Shown here: piece after piece, positions 21,317-30,918 of the stretch
Numbering within the stretch: position 1 is the first letter of the stretch
Layout of the letters: every line of letters starts with the position of its first letter
Assembly: GCA_958428675.1 (NCBI GenBank)
Contig: CAUAGV010000001.1
Span: 1-50,028 of the forward strand
Source: an uncultured Collinsella sp.
Lineage (GTDB): Bacteria; Actinomycetota; Coriobacteriia; Coriobacteriales; Coriobacteriaceae
Length of the DNA stretch: 50,028 nucleotides
Direction: 5' to 3'
Translations under genes and position numbers: made by a program
The notes under the pieces: model-generated
Told to the model about the DNA's origin: nothing
The model's database searches: none
Seen by the model: only the letters and a program-made list of their open reading frames with translations

Positions 21317-22327
21317 ATGGCCAAAGCAAGTGTTCGCGAGATCAGCCGCATCACCGGTTTTTCGCCTGCGACCGTGTCCAACGCGCTCAACCGCAAGCGC
21401 AGCGTGAGCGAGGAGACCGCCAAGGTCATCCTGGAGTGCGCGCAGTCGCTCGGCTATCAGCAGTCGACGCAGCTCGAGAGCATCCAGTTTGTGCTCGCGC
21501 GCAAGACGGGCGCCATCCTGGACGAGAGCACCTTTCATCCCGCGGTTATTGAGGGCGTGGAGCGCCAGGCACGTCGCCACGGCATGAGCACGAGCTTTGT
21601 CTCGCTCGACTTTAGCGACCTGGACTCCGTGCGCCCGCAGGTCGAGGGCCTGATTGCCGATCCGTCCGCTGCCATCGTGCTGATGGGTACCGAGCTGGGC
21701 GAAGAAGACTACGCCCTGTTCGCTAACGCCGCTGCCCACCTGATTGTGCTCGATGGCTGGAGCGACCGCCAGTACTTCGATGCCGTGGTCATTGCCAATA
21801 CCGATTCGGTGCTGCGTGCCGTGGACTACCTTATCGAGAAAGGTCACAAGCAAATCGGCTATCTGGCGGGCGACCTTCGTATCCGCAACTTTAAGGATCG
21901 CGAGCGCGGCTATCGTCAAGCGCTTGAGGACGCGGGCCTTGAGGCCAACCCGACATGGCGCGTCACGCTGGGCACCACGCTCGAGGGCGCTTATCGCGAC
22001 ATGGGCGCGTGGCTCGACAACGCCTCGCACGAAGATCTGCCAACGGCTTTCTTTGCCGAAAACGACGTGCTCGCCGTTGGTGCCATGCGCGCGTTCAACG
22101 AGCATGGCATTCGCGTGCCCGAGGATGTCTCGATCATCGGCTTTGACGACCTGTCGCTGGGCGATTTTTCCAACCCGCCGCTCACCACGGTGCATGTTCC
22201 CAAGCACGAGGTGGGTGAGATCGCAGTGCGCCGCCTGGTGGGCAACATCCGCAACCCCAAGAGCTACACCTGCAAGACCGCCGTGTCGACCTATTTTGTC
22301 GAGCGCCAGAGCGTGCGCGAAATCTAG
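21317..22327 (+). CDS. LacI-family transcriptional regulator
   Basis: SVREISRITGFSPATVSNALN HTH, VPEDVSIIGFDD, PPLTTV. Confidence 0.92.
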   Translation: MAKASVREISRITGFSPATVSNALNRKRSVSEETAKVILECAQSLGYQQSTQLESIQFVLARKTGAILDESTFHPAVIEGVERQARRHGMSTSFVSLDFSDLDSVRPQVEGLIADPSAAIVLMGTELGEEDYALFANAAAHLIVLDGWSDRQYFDAVVIANTDSVLRAVDYLIEKGHKQIGYLAGDLRIRNFKDRERGYRQALEDAGLEANPTWRVTLGTTLEGAYRDMGAWLDNASHEDLPTAFFAENDVLAVGAMRAFNEHGIRVPEDVSIIGFDDLSLGDFSNPPLTTVHVPKHEVGEIAVRRLVGNIRNPKSYTCKTAVSTYFVERQSVREI

Positions 22328-22391
22328 GCGGAGACGGCATCGCCTACAGCGTGCCAAAGCTCGCTAGGGCAGTAAACATAGCGTCATTCAG

Positions 22392-22418
22392 AAGAGGATC
22401 CTTCGGGGTCCTCTTTTT
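22392..22418 (+). terminator. Intrinsic terminator after lacI
   Basis: aagaggatcc-TTCG-gggtcctctt-ttt. Confidence 0.8.
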
Positions 22419-22584
22419 GTTTCCCTTGTATGTTCAGTTCGTTTACATACCGTTTAGGCTGATTTCTCTACCGCCTACGGGTATTTCGCGCTAAACTTCT
22501 AAACAGAAGAGTAAAACATTTAGTAAACAGAACAAAACGAAACATGCGTCTGTTTACTGAACATGTGACTAGGGGAGGACGTAC

Positions 22585-23985
22585 ATGGATAAGATCAAGC
22601 TCGGTTTTGTGCCCACGCGCCGCAGCATCTTTAGCGCGCCGGACGCGATCAAGTATCGCGGTCTGACGGCTGATCGCCTGCGCGAGATCGGCGTCGAGAT
22701 CGTGGATATCGACGACATCAACGACGAGGGCCTGCTGTTCGACGACAGCCATATCGCGCCTATCGTCGAGAAGTTCCGCGCCGAGGGCGTCGACGGCATC
22801 ATGCTCTGCCACGCCAACTTTGGTACCGAGTATGTCTGCGCCCGCCTTGCCCGCGAGCTCGGCTTGCCCGTGCTGCTGTGGGGCCCGCGCGACGAGCGCC
22901 CCGAGCCCGACGGCACCCGTCTGCGCGACAGCCAGTGCGGTCTGTTCGCGACCGGCAAGGTCCTGCGTCGCTTCCAGGTCCCCTTCACCTATATGACCAA
23001 CTGCCGCCTGACCGATCCCGAGTTCGAGCGCGGCGTCTGGGACTTCCTCGCCGTGTGCAACGTGGTCAAGACCTTCAAGCACACCCGCATCCTGCAGATG
23101 GCCACTCGCCCGTTCGACTTCTGGTCCACCATGTGCAACGAGGGCGAGCTGCTCGAGAAGTTCAACATTCAGCTTTCGCCCATCCCCATGACCGAGCTTG
23201 TCCAGGCCGTGCGCGACGCCCAGGCCGACGAGCAGGCCATGTCCGCCATGCTCGCCCACATTAGCGACAGCTTTGAGATCTGCATCCCCGAGGACAAGGT
23301 CCCCGCCGTTGCCGGTCTTGCCATCGCCATGAAGCGCCTGGTAAAGAAGTACGGCTGCAACGCCGGTGCCATCCAGTGCTGGAACGCCCTGCAGGACGAG
23401 CTGGGCATTATGCCCTGCGCCGCCAACGCCATCCTCAACGAGATGGGTATCCCCGTCGTCTGCGAGACCGACATCCATGGCGCCATCACAGCGCTGATGG
23501 TCGAGGCCGCCGACCTGGGCCGTCACCGCGGCATGTTTGCCGACTGGACCGTGCGTCATCCCGACAACGAGAATGGCGAGCTGCTGCAGCACTGCGGCCC
23601 CTGGCCCTGCAGCTGCGCGGCCGTCAAGCCCAAGCTCACTTACCCGCTGGCCTTCGATCACCCCGGCGCGCTGACGGCCGAGGCCAAGCACGGCGACCTC
23701 ACCCTTGCCCGCTTTGACGGCGACAACGGCGAGTACTCGCTGCTGCTGGGCAACGCCCGCGGCATCGACGGCCCGGCCGGCATGGGCACCTACCTGTGGG
23801 TCGAGGTCGAAAACCTCAAGCGCCTCGAGGCCAAGATCGTCGAGGGTCCCTACATCCACCACTGCGTCGCCATTCACGCCAACGTGGTGCCGGTGCTCTA
23901 CGAGGCGTGCAAGTACATCGGCATTGTCCCCGACCTGTACGACCCCATCGAAGAAGACGTCAAAGCTTACCTGCGAGGAGAGTAG
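22585..23985 (+). CDS. L-fucose/L-arabinose isomerase-family sugar isomerase
   Basis: NFGTE, RDSQCG, AIQCW, PVVCETDIHGA, HCG, GPYIHH. Confidence 0.85.
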   Translation: MDKIKLGFVPTRRSIFSAPDAIKYRGLTADRLREIGVEIVDIDDINDEGLLFDDSHIAPIVEKFRAEGVDGIMLCHANFGTEYVCARLARELGLPVLLWGPRDERPEPDGTRLRDSQCGLFATGKVLRRFQVPFTYMTNCRLTDPEFERGVWDFLAVCNVVKTFKHTRILQMATRPFDFWSTMCNEGELLEKFNIQLSPIPMTELVQAVRDAQADEQAMSAMLAHISDSFEICIPEDKVPAVAGLAIAMKRLVKKYGCNAGAIQCWNALQDELGIMPCAANAILNEMGIPVVCETDIHGAITALMVEAADLGRHRGMFADWTVRHPDNENGELLQHCGPWPCSCAAVKPKLTYPLAFDHPGALTAEAKHGDLTLARFDGDNGEYSLLLGNARGIDGPAGMGTYLWVEVENLKRLEAKIVEGPYIHHCVAIHANVVPVLYEACKYIGIVPDLYDPIEEDVKAYLRGE

Positions 23986-23987
23986 AA

Positions 23988-24824
23988 ATGGCAACTATCG
24001 AAGAGCTTGAATCCCTGCGTTGGGACCTTCGCCGCGATTGCGTCGATATCATCATGGCTGGCGCCGGCGGGCACATCGGCGGCGACATGTCGGTGATCGA
24101 CGCCCTCATGACGCTCTATGCCAACCACCTCAACATTTCGCCCGAGACCGTCGACGATCCCAACCGCGATCGCTTCGTGCTCTCCAAGGGCCACGCCATG
24201 GAGGCCTACTACGCGGTGCTCTGCCACGAGGGCTATCTTGACCTCGATGACGTCAAGGCCCGCTTCTCCAAGTTCGGCAGCCCCTACATCGGTCACCCCA
24301 ACAACAAGCTCAAGGGCATCGAGATGAACTCGGGCTCGCTGGGTCACGGTCTGCCCGTGGCCGTGGGCATGGCGCTTGCCGGCAAGATGGACGGCCGCGA
24401 CTACCGCGTCTACACCATCATGGGCGACGGCGAGCTTGCCGAGGGCTCGGTCTGGGAGGGCGCCATGAGCGGCGGCAACTACCAGCTCGATAACCTGTGC
24501 GCGCTCGTGGACCGCAACCGCCTGCAGATCAGCGGTAGCACCGAGGACGTCATGAAGCAGGATTCGCAGGAGGAGCGCTGGGCCGCCTTCGGTTGGAACG
24601 TGCTGTCCATTCCGGGCAACGACGTCCAGGCCATCGACGCCGCTCTGACGCTGGCCGCCGAGACCAAGGGTAAGCCCACGGTCATCATCCTCAACACGGT
24701 GAAGGGCTACGGCTCGCCGGTTATGGAGGACAAGGCCGCCTGGCATCATCACCTGCCCAACGATGAGGAATATGCCCAGATCATCGCCGATTTCGCTGCC
24801 CATAAGGAGGCTATCAATGGCTAA
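23988..24824 (+). CDS. Transketolase N-terminal (TPP-binding) subunit, AptA-like
   Basis: GHIGG, DRFVLSKGHA, GSLGHG, GDGELAEGSVWE..DRN. Confidence 0.92.
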   Translation: MATIEELESLRWDLRRDCVDIIMAGAGGHIGGDMSVIDALMTLYANHLNISPETVDDPNRDRFVLSKGHAMEAYYAVLCHEGYLDLDDVKARFSKFGSPYIGHPNNKLKGIEMNSGSLGHGLPVAVGMALAGKMDGRDYRVYTIMGDGELAEGSVWEGAMSGGNYQLDNLCALVDRNRLQISGSTEDVMKQDSQEERWAAFGWNVLSIPGNDVQAIDAALTLAAETKGKPTVIILNTVKGYGSPVMEDKAAWHHHLPNDEEYAQIIADFAAHKEAING

Positions 24825-25755
24825 CAAGATCGCCAACCGCAAGGTTATCTGCGACACACTGCTCGAGGCCGCCGCAACTGACAAGGACATCGTCGTCCTG
24901 TGCTCCGACTCCCGCGGCTCTGCATCGCTCACGCCGTTCTTCGATCAGTATCCCCAGCAGTCCATTGAGGTCGGCATTGCCGAGCAGGACCTGGTGAGCA
25001 TCGCCGCCGGCATGGCCTCGTGCGGCAAGAAGGCCTGGGCCGCCTCGCCGGCGTCCTTTGTGACCACGCGTTCGTATGAGCAGTGCAAGGTCGACGTTTC
25101 GTACTCCAACACCAACGTCAAGCTCATCGGCATCTCGGGCGGCGTGTCCTATGGTGCCCTGGGCATGAGCCACCACTCTGCGCAGGATATCGCCGCTATG
25201 AGCGCGATTCCCAACATGCGCGTGTATCTGCCGAGCGACCGCTTCCAGACCGCTGAGCTCGTGCGCGCCCTGGTAGCCGACAACAAGCCGGCCTACATCC
25301 GCGTGGGGCGCAACCCGGTCGAGGACGTGTATACCGAGGACGAGTGTCCGTTCCAGATGGATCGCGCCACCTGGGTGCGTCGCGGCACCGATGTGACGCT
25401 CGTCGCCACCGGTGAGATGGTCCGCCATGCCGTGGACGCCGCCGATCTGCTGGCCGAGCAGGGAATCTCGGCAACGGTGCTCGACATGTACTGCGTCAAG
25501 CCGCTCGACGCCGAGGCCGTGATCGAGGCCGCCGGCGCCACGCGCGCCGTCGTGACCGTCGAGGAGCACAGCCCCTTCGGCGGCCTGGGTTCCATGGTCG
25601 CGCAGGTGGTGGGCGAGCATTGCCCGCGTCCGATCAAGTGCCTGAGCCTGCCCGACGCGCCGGTCATCACCGGCACGAGCCCCGAGGTCTTTGCGCACTA
25701 CGGCCTGACGGGCGAGGGAATCGCCAAGACGGTCGCCGAGTTCCTTGGCAACTAG
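24817..25755 (+). CDS. Transketolase C-terminal subunit, AptB-like
   Basis: VGIAEQ, GMSHHS, YIRVGR, EEHS; overlaps the subunit A stop. Confidence 0.92.
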   Translation: MANKIANRKVICDTLLEAAATDKDIVVLCSDSRGSASLTPFFDQYPQQSIEVGIAEQDLVSIAAGMASCGKKAWAASPASFVTTRSYEQCKVDVSYSNTNVKLIGISGGVSYGALGMSHHSAQDIAAMSAIPNMRVYLPSDRFQTAELVRALVADNKPAYIRVGRNPVEDVYTEDECPFQMDRATWVRRGTDVTLVATGEMVRHAVDAADLLAEQGISATVLDMYCVKPLDAEAVIEAAGATRAVVTVEEHSPFGGLGSMVAQVVGEHCPRPIKCLSLPDAPVITGTSPEVFAHYGLTGEGIAKTVAEFLGN

Positions 25756-25926
25756 TAGAAACAGACGCTGCGCGGCCGCCAAGCACCGCACCTTGCCGTT
25801 CAAACCGTCGCTTGCGTACACAGAGTACGCGGCGCTCCTCTTTCACGGCAATCTGCGGCACTTGACGGCCGCTCGCTCCTTGTCCGCCAGGTTGTCTTCG
25901 ATTTGACGGAAGGAATGGGAGAGTAC

Positions 25927-27417
25927 ATGAGCAAATACATCATCGGAATCGATCAATCCACGCAGGGCACCAAGGCGCTGCTGGTGGACGAGGGCGGCCA
26001 TTTGATTCATCGTGCCGACCGCTCGCATCGCCAGATTGTCAACGAGGCCGGCTGGGTGAGCCATGATCCAGCCGAGATCGCCGCCAACGTGCTGGCCGTG
26101 GCACGCGCCGTGGTGGAGGAGACCGGGGTCGATCCGGCCGACGTCGCCGGCATCGGCATCTCCAACCAGCGCGAGACCACCGTTGCCTGGAACCGCACGA
26201 CGGGCGAGCCGCTGTGCGACGCCGTGGTGTGGCAGTGTGCCCGCGCCCGCGAGCTGTGCGACAAGCTGGCGGCGCGCGAGGACGTGGCCGAGCTGGTGCG
26301 CGACACGACGGGTCTGGTACTCTCGCCCTACTATCCGGCGGGCAAGATGGCTTGGATTCTCGCGAACGTTCCCACGGCTGCCGAGGCCGCGGCGGCAGGC
26401 GAGCTGTGTCTGGGCACCATCGATGCCTGGGTGGTCTGGACGCTCACGGGCGGCGCGGAGTTTCGCTGCGACTGGTCCAATGCCAGCCGTACGCAGCTTT
26501 TTGACCTGCGCCGTGGCTGCTGGAGCGAGCCGGTGTGCGAGGCCTTTGGCGTCGATCCGGCGTGCCTGCCGCAGGTGACCGACTCCGACGGCCTGTTCGG
26601 CACAACGAACCTGGGCGGCTTTTTGCCGACGCCCGTGCCCATTCACGGCGTGCTCGGCGACAGCCATGCCGCCTTGTTTGCCCAAGGCTGCCATAGCCGC
26701 GGCATGGCCAAGGCGACCTATGGCACCGGCAGCTCGGTCATGATGAACGTCGGCGACGAGTTTGTCGCCAGCTCGCACGGGCTTTCCAGCTCGCTCGCAT
26801 GGCGTATGGACGGTGTGACCGAGTACGTGCTCGAGGGCAACGTGAGCTACGCCGGCGCCGTCAAGACGTGGCTGCGCGACGACCTGGAACTCATCAACAA
26901 TCCCGAGGAAGTCACCGACCTGTGTTACGCCGCCAATCCGGCGAGCCGCGTCTACTTTGTACCGGCGTTCACTGGCCTGGGCGCGCCGCACTGGGCGAGC
27001 GATGCCGAGGGCTGCGTCTTTGGCATGACGCGCACCACGGGCCGTGCGGAGTTCGTAAAGGCCGCCGACGAGTCGATCGCCTATCAGATCTTCGACGTGA
27101 TCGATGCGATGGTCGAGGATTCGGGCGCGGCACTGGCCGAGCTTCGTGTTGACGGCGGTCCCACGCGCGACGCGTACCTGATGCAGTTTGAGAGCGACCT
27201 GGTCGGCTCGCCCATCCGCATTGCGAGCAACGACGAGATGAGCGGTCTGGGCGCGGCCTGGGCCTGCGGCATTGCGCTGGGCATGTACACGCGCGACGTC
27301 GTCGACGTCTACGGCGCCCGCGGCATCGTGGAGCCTGCCATGTCTGCCGACGAACGAGCCAAAAAGATCGCCGGCTGGCGCCATGCCGTCAAATCAACAA
27401 TTGCATACACTGCCTAG
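25927..27417 (+). CDS. FGGY/glycerol-kinase-like carbohydrate kinase (candidate apulose kinase)
   Basis: IDQSTQGTK, ISNQRETT, SNASRT, GDSHAA, KATYGTG, VDGG. Confidence 0.88.
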   Translation: MSKYIIGIDQSTQGTKALLVDEGGHLIHRADRSHRQIVNEAGWVSHDPAEIAANVLAVARAVVEETGVDPADVAGIGISNQRETTVAWNRTTGEPLCDAVVWQCARARELCDKLAAREDVAELVRDTTGLVLSPYYPAGKMAWILANVPTAAEAAAAGELCLGTIDAWVVWTLTGGAEFRCDWSNASRTQLFDLRRGCWSEPVCEAFGVDPACLPQVTDSDGLFGTTNLGGFLPTPVPIHGVLGDSHAALFAQGCHSRGMAKATYGTGSSVMMNVGDEFVASSHGLSSSLAWRMDGVTEYVLEGNVSYAGAVKTWLRDDLELINNPEEVTDLCYAANPASRVYFVPAFTGLGAPHWASDAEGCVFGMTRTTGRAEFVKAADESIAYQIFDVIDAMVEDSGAALAELRVDGGPTRDAYLMQFESDLVGSPIRIASNDEMSGLGAAWACGIALGMYTRDVVDVYGARGIVEPAMSADERAKKIAGWRHAVKSTIAYTA

Positions 27418-27468
27418 GCGGCTGCGCGGCACCCAAGGATTTTTTCTGGGGATTAAACACTCATTGAT

Positions 27469-27506
27469 CCCCGTCCCGGGCAGCTCATTTGGGACGGGGC
27501 TTTTTT
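27469..27506 (+). terminator. Terminator-like hairpin after the kinase, built from a repeat unit
   Basis: ccccgtccc / gggacgggg followed by ctttttt. Confidence 0.6.
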
Positions 27507-27582
27507 GACTGGTATGATTGGTGCGACCATTCGAACCAGCTAAAAGAGCCCCGTCCTAAATTGACTATCGAGAGGATCTGCC

Positions 27583-28071
27583 ATGGAGCGCATCGCGAGT
27601 TTTTCCGTTGACCATCTGCTGCTCGAGCCCGGCGTGTATGTGAGCCGCATCGACCGCGATCCGGCGACCGGCACCGCCGTCACCACCTTTGACCTGCGCC
27701 TGACCACGCCCAACAAGGAGCCGGTCATGAACACGGCCGAGTGCCACACCATCGAGCACCTGGGCGCGACGTTCCTTAGCAATCATGCCGAGTGGTCGAG
27801 TCGTATCGTTTACTTTGGCCCCATGGGCTGCCGCACGGGCTTTTACCTGGTTGTCTTTGGCGAGCTGACGAGCGAGGAGATCTTGCCGCTCGTATGCGAG
27901 CTGTTCGAGTTCGTCGCTGGCTTTGAGGGTGATGTCCCCGGCGCCGCTCCCGAGGAGTGCGGCAACTACCTGGACCAGAACCTCCCCATGGCAAACTGGC
28001 TCGCGCGCCGCTATCTCGACCGTGACCTGGCCGATATCGACGAGAAGCACCTGCACTACCAGCAGGCGTAA
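27583..28071 (+). CDS. luxS: S-ribosylhomocysteine lyase LuxS
   Basis: IASFSVDH, FDLR, HTIEH, GPMGCRTGFY, ECGNY. Confidence 0.95.
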   Translation: MERIASFSVDHLLLEPGVYVSRIDRDPATGTAVTTFDLRLTTPNKEPVMNTAECHTIEHLGATFLSNHAEWSSRIVYFGPMGCRTGFYLVVFGELTSEEILPLVCELFEFVAGFEGDVPGAAPEECGNYLDQNLPMANWLARRYLDRDLADIDEKHLHYQQA

Positions 28072-28100
28072 GGGCTTTATCGTCCAAAACGCGCGCATTG

Positions 28101-28131
28101 GGCGCCTTCGCTTATGCGGGGGCGCCTTTTT
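28101..28131 (+). terminator. Intrinsic terminator after luxS
   Basis: ggcgccttcgc / gcgggggcgcc followed by ttttt. Confidence 0.75.
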
Positions 28132-28215
28132 GTTGAGTGGCCGGGATGAGCGTTCAAAATCGCTCATGTTTGTTCTAGAATGTTCGTATAGTCACATTTA
28201 CGAACAGGAGTGAAC

Positions 28216-28860
28216 ATGCATATCTATTCTGTCAACGATCCCGAGTTCAAATCCTATGGCAACGTTTGGGATGGCGTTCCGTCCGAGCTCACGTCGCCCG
28301 TGCTCGAGGCGCTCTCTGCCACGCCCATTCCCGAGGGCAGTAAGTACGTAGCAAGTGCGCCGGAGCTCGAGGGCGTCAAGGACGCCGACAAATTCGGCTT
28401 TCTCATGTTTGGCGGCCGCCCCTTCCAGCTCGGCTGGTGCAACGGCCACAACACACGCCTCAACTGCCTGGAGTATCACCGCGCCAGCGAGTTTAACCTG
28501 GGTGCCCGCGACTTTATCCTGCTCGTGGCGCATCGCTGGGAGATCGAGGACCGCAAGCTCGACACCGCGTGCGTCAAGGCGTTCCGCGTGCCGGCGGGTA
28601 CGGTCGTCGAAGTCTTCAACACCACGCTCCACTACACGCCGTGCATGGTCGACGATGGCGGCTTCCAGGTGATGGTTGCGCTGCCCGCCGGCACCAATGG
28701 TCCGCGCCCCGAGGGTGCAGCCGACATGCCCGCTGCCGGCGACAGCTACTGCTACTGGAAGGCCGACAAATGGGTTCTCTGCCACGCCGATAGCCCCAAG
28801 GCTGCCGAGGGCGGCTACGTGGGCCTCATCGGCAAGAACCTCGACATCACCTGCGACTAG
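28216..28860 (+). CDS. DUF4867-like protein
   Basis: SVNDPEFKSYG, GWCNGHN..LNCLEYH..SE, TTLHYTPC, LPAGTN pattern recalled for DUF4867. Confidence 0.7.
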   Translation: MHIYSVNDPEFKSYGNVWDGVPSELTSPVLEALSATPIPEGSKYVASAPELEGVKDADKFGFLMFGGRPFQLGWCNGHNTRLNCLEYHRASEFNLGARDFILLVAHRWEIEDRKLDTACVKAFRVPAGTVVEVFNTTLHYTPCMVDDGGFQVMVALPAGTNGPRPEGAADMPAAGDSYCYWKADKWVLCHADSPKAAEGGYVGLIGKNLDITCD

Positions 28861-28870
28861 GGGGCTTCCT

Positions 28871-29015
28871 GTTTGTCTCGATCTGTAACATCTGACGGGC
28901 CAAATCGTCTCTTCCTGTTACAGATTGAGATAAACCGCAGAGGGTGCCCGAAAGATCTCGATCTGTAACACCAGGCCCGGTTTTGGCGGTCTACCTGTTA
29001 CAGATCGAGACAAAC
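28871..29015. repeat. Two tandem palindromes (four alternating copies of TCTCGATCTGTAACA), each with a 25-nt spacer
   Basis: Arms at 28871-28890, 28916-28935, 28956-28970, 28996-29015. Confidence 0.85.
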
Positions 29016-29024
29016 CTGCCCAAA

Positions 29025-29058
29025 CCACCACAAAGGTGCCTGTCCCCTTTGTGGTGGT
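29025..29058. repeat. REP-like hairpin ccaccacaaa-ggtgcctgtcccc-tttgtggtgg
   Basis: Near-identical inverted copy at 47358-47390. Confidence 0.75.
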
Positions 29059-29206
29059 TGGCGGTTTGGGCGGGCAGGTATCAAAAAGTGTCAGACGGGG
29101 GCGGCTGCCGGGCGTCTGTGCGCGAAAAGAAGTGTCGGCCTGCGTCGTTGCCGTTGAGTAGCGCGCTGCTTACGGGGATACTGAAACCACGACAAACAGC
29201 GTGTGA

Positions 29207-30649
<1,443 letters not shown>

Positions 30650-30685
30650 GGAAGCCGAGACACTCAACTTCAGAGTTTCCTAACC

Positions 30686-30724
30686 AAAACGCCCGGCGAG
30701 CAGTTAATGCCCGCCGGGCGTTTT
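30686..30724. terminator. Bidirectional terminator
   Basis: aaaacgcccggcg / cgccgggcgtttt. Confidence 0.75.
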
Positions 30725-30740
30725 GTTAGAAGAAGTGAAA

Positions 30741-30842
30741 GCACTCATTGGGGACGTACTTAAATGAGTGCCCGCAGAATGAGAGTGGATAATCTCCCGT
30801 TTTTGGCCTGCGTCAGGCCCAAGTGGGAGATTTTCCACTCTC
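30741..30842. repeat. Composite repeat: GGGGAC-loop hairpin plus GAGAGTGGATAATCTCCC palindrome
   Basis: Modules recur at 42484-42664 and 48582-48704. Confidence 0.8.
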
Positions 30843-30918
30843 GTTGTTTGGGTGTCCAAAAATCCCCGCTCGTTTGGCGCCTGGGGACACTCTTTGTCGA
30901 ATGTGGGCGCCGTCCTTG

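Noticed and set aside
22585..23985. Calling the isomerase fucI or araA
   Set aside because: It is shorter than and divergent from the canonical enzymes, and no fucA/araD partner is in the window.
25927..27417. Calling the kinase glpK
   Set aside because: It is glycerol-kinase-like, but the context is isomerase/transketolase with no glpF/glpD, and motifs diverge (DQSTQG, GDSHAA); the symbol is withheld.
28871..29015. Mini CRISPR array
   Set aside because: The repeats alternate in orientation, there are only two units, and no cas genes or leader are present.
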